Source: Macrostomum hystrix (lineage: Eukaryota > Animalia > Platyhelminthes). From it: a stretch of DNA of 64,000 nucleotides. Numbering within the stretch: position 1 is the stretch's first letter; every line of letters begins with the position of its first letter. The notes under the pieces were generated by a model. It was not told the DNA's origin and did not search any database. It saw nothing but the letters and a program-made list of their open reading frames with translations. Below are positions 61,872 to 64,000 of this stretch, piece after piece. Made by a program: the position numbers and the translations under genes. The DNA lies in assembly GCA_950097015.1 (NCBI GenBank), contig CATNEN010000039.1, positions 18,352,001 through 18,416,000 of the forward strand. Reading direction: 5' to 3'.

Positions 61872-62819
61872 GTTCTAGTTAAGATTTCTGCTGTGGTTGT
61901 ATCTACTAGTGATTCTATCTTATTTCTGGAGTGATATTTTTGGTTTTTACTTCGGCCACATATATTATGTTTCTATTTTCGCTTAAAATATATTTTTTGG
62001 TAATAAATATTAAAGCAGTTAAATGGTTTGACCTTAAGTATCGGATTTTAACTAGTTCCCATCTGTATCCTCAATGGGAAAATTTCCCCATTATTCTGAC
62101 ATAGGATTTTTATCGCTCTGGTTGTCCTAGCAGTCCAAATGCTGTTTTTTGATTGGTATGATACAAAATTAGCGACTTCCTGTTGAATTTCCTTCCTGAG
62201 CAGTGCTCAAACCCCGAGAGTGATCACTCTCACCCTGAGCCATTTAAATAAAATAATAATAATAAACGCCAATGCAGCCGCCACACTCTAGCCACTTATC
62301 TCGCATTCAGACAGATGGCCACATGGGACCAAAGGCTGAGCGAACGGAACCGGTTAGAACCGGTTTGTACAGTCCATCCAGTCTGCTCCTCTCCCGAAAG
62401 CTAAAAAACTGCCCAGTTTAAATTCCATTCGCCGCCGCATGGCCCCCAAAGATTACAGAGAGATTGGGGATTAAAATTAAAAAGAGCTGGCATCTATCTT
62501 CCCAACCCGTTGGATAAACGCCCCCCCTGTACCCACAACCTCACTGCTTAATCCTACTCAAGAGACGCTGCTGCTCACAGACTCACATTCCGCTGATGGG
62601 AAATTATCCCCATTGGGAGAATTTTTCAGCAGATACTAAAAAACTGACAAAGCAAGACCGGAGCTGTTTCAGAGCTGAGAAGCTGAGCAGAAGCTACAAA
62701 GTAAAAAATTCTTTGAAATCTGAGCCTATTGATCGTTAGGTAAGTCTTGTAGCAATGTTATCATTGCTTTTAACTGTCTACTCAAGCATAGTGTATCGGC
62801 AGCATTTTCTTTTGTCTCA

Positions 62820-63150
62820 TTCCATGATTTGGTGCGATTCCATGACTTGGTTCGATTCCATGATTTGATTCGATTCCTTGATTTGGGTCGATTCCATGAT
62901 TTGGTTGGATTCCTTGGTTTGATCCGATTCCTTGGTTTGGTTCGATTCCATGATTTGGTTCGATTCCATGGTATTGCTCGAATCCAAAATCTGTGTTCGT
63001 TTCTTAATTCTAGGCTTTATTTTTTTTCTAGGTTCGATTCCCAACTCTAGGTTCGATTCAAAATTCTAGGTTCGATTCTCAATTCTAGGTTCGATTCCCA
63101 ACTCTAGGTTCGATTCCCAACTCTAGTTTCGATTCCCAACTCTAGGTTCC
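62820..63150 (+). repeat. 18-bp and 19-bp repeats each built around GGTTCGATTCC
   Basis: CATGATTTGGTTCGATTC units (62820-62970) and CTCTAGGTTCGATTCCCAA units (63028-63150). Confidence 0.85.
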
Positions 63151-63174
63151 TGTCGAAGCCTACCATCGGAATCG

Positions 63175-64000
<826 letters not shown>

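Noticed and set aside
62074-62614. NF-kB-like palindromes GGGAAAATTTCCCC and GGGAAATTATCCCC
   Set aside because: Longer than the kB consensus and equally explicable as degenerate MITE termini; no TSD or other support.

Overview
Eukaryotic, intron-containing genomic DNA. The polyQ-rich, GC-rich exons, minisatellite-filled introns, RTE-LINE relics and tRNA-derived SINEs suggest an invertebrate, most likely the flatworm Macrostomum (inferred from sequence style only). Ten protein-coding genes can be built from GT-AG splice sites in consistent phase. On the minus strand: ALKBH2, METTL9, intronless TLNRD1/MESDC1, an ARM-TIR-SAM protein, a membrane protein resembling APD1-4 domains, and three GM2-activator/ML-domain paralogues (plus a pseudogene). 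On the plus strand: an LHFPL tetraspan and the 5' part of an MFSD8-like transporter. About 20 tandem-repeat arrays fill 0.5-16 kb and 43-64 kb. The 17.6-42.7 kb block has none and carries MITEs and retroelement fragments instead. Most long ORFs in the supplied track are repeat artefacts. Best leads: (1) a candidate METTL9-ALKBH2 operon whose ATG-less first exons are in frame with a spliced-leader-donated AUG; (2) an ARM-TIR-SAM protein retaining the TIR catalytic Glu; (3) a GM2A-like cluster whose exons diverge faster than flanking introns and whose promoters share TATA/GATA/E-box+CSL modules; (4) repeat arrays welded to splice sites, and a tandem array of Pol III B-boxes upstream of the MFS gene. 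No CRISPR, rRNA or intact tRNA gene was found.
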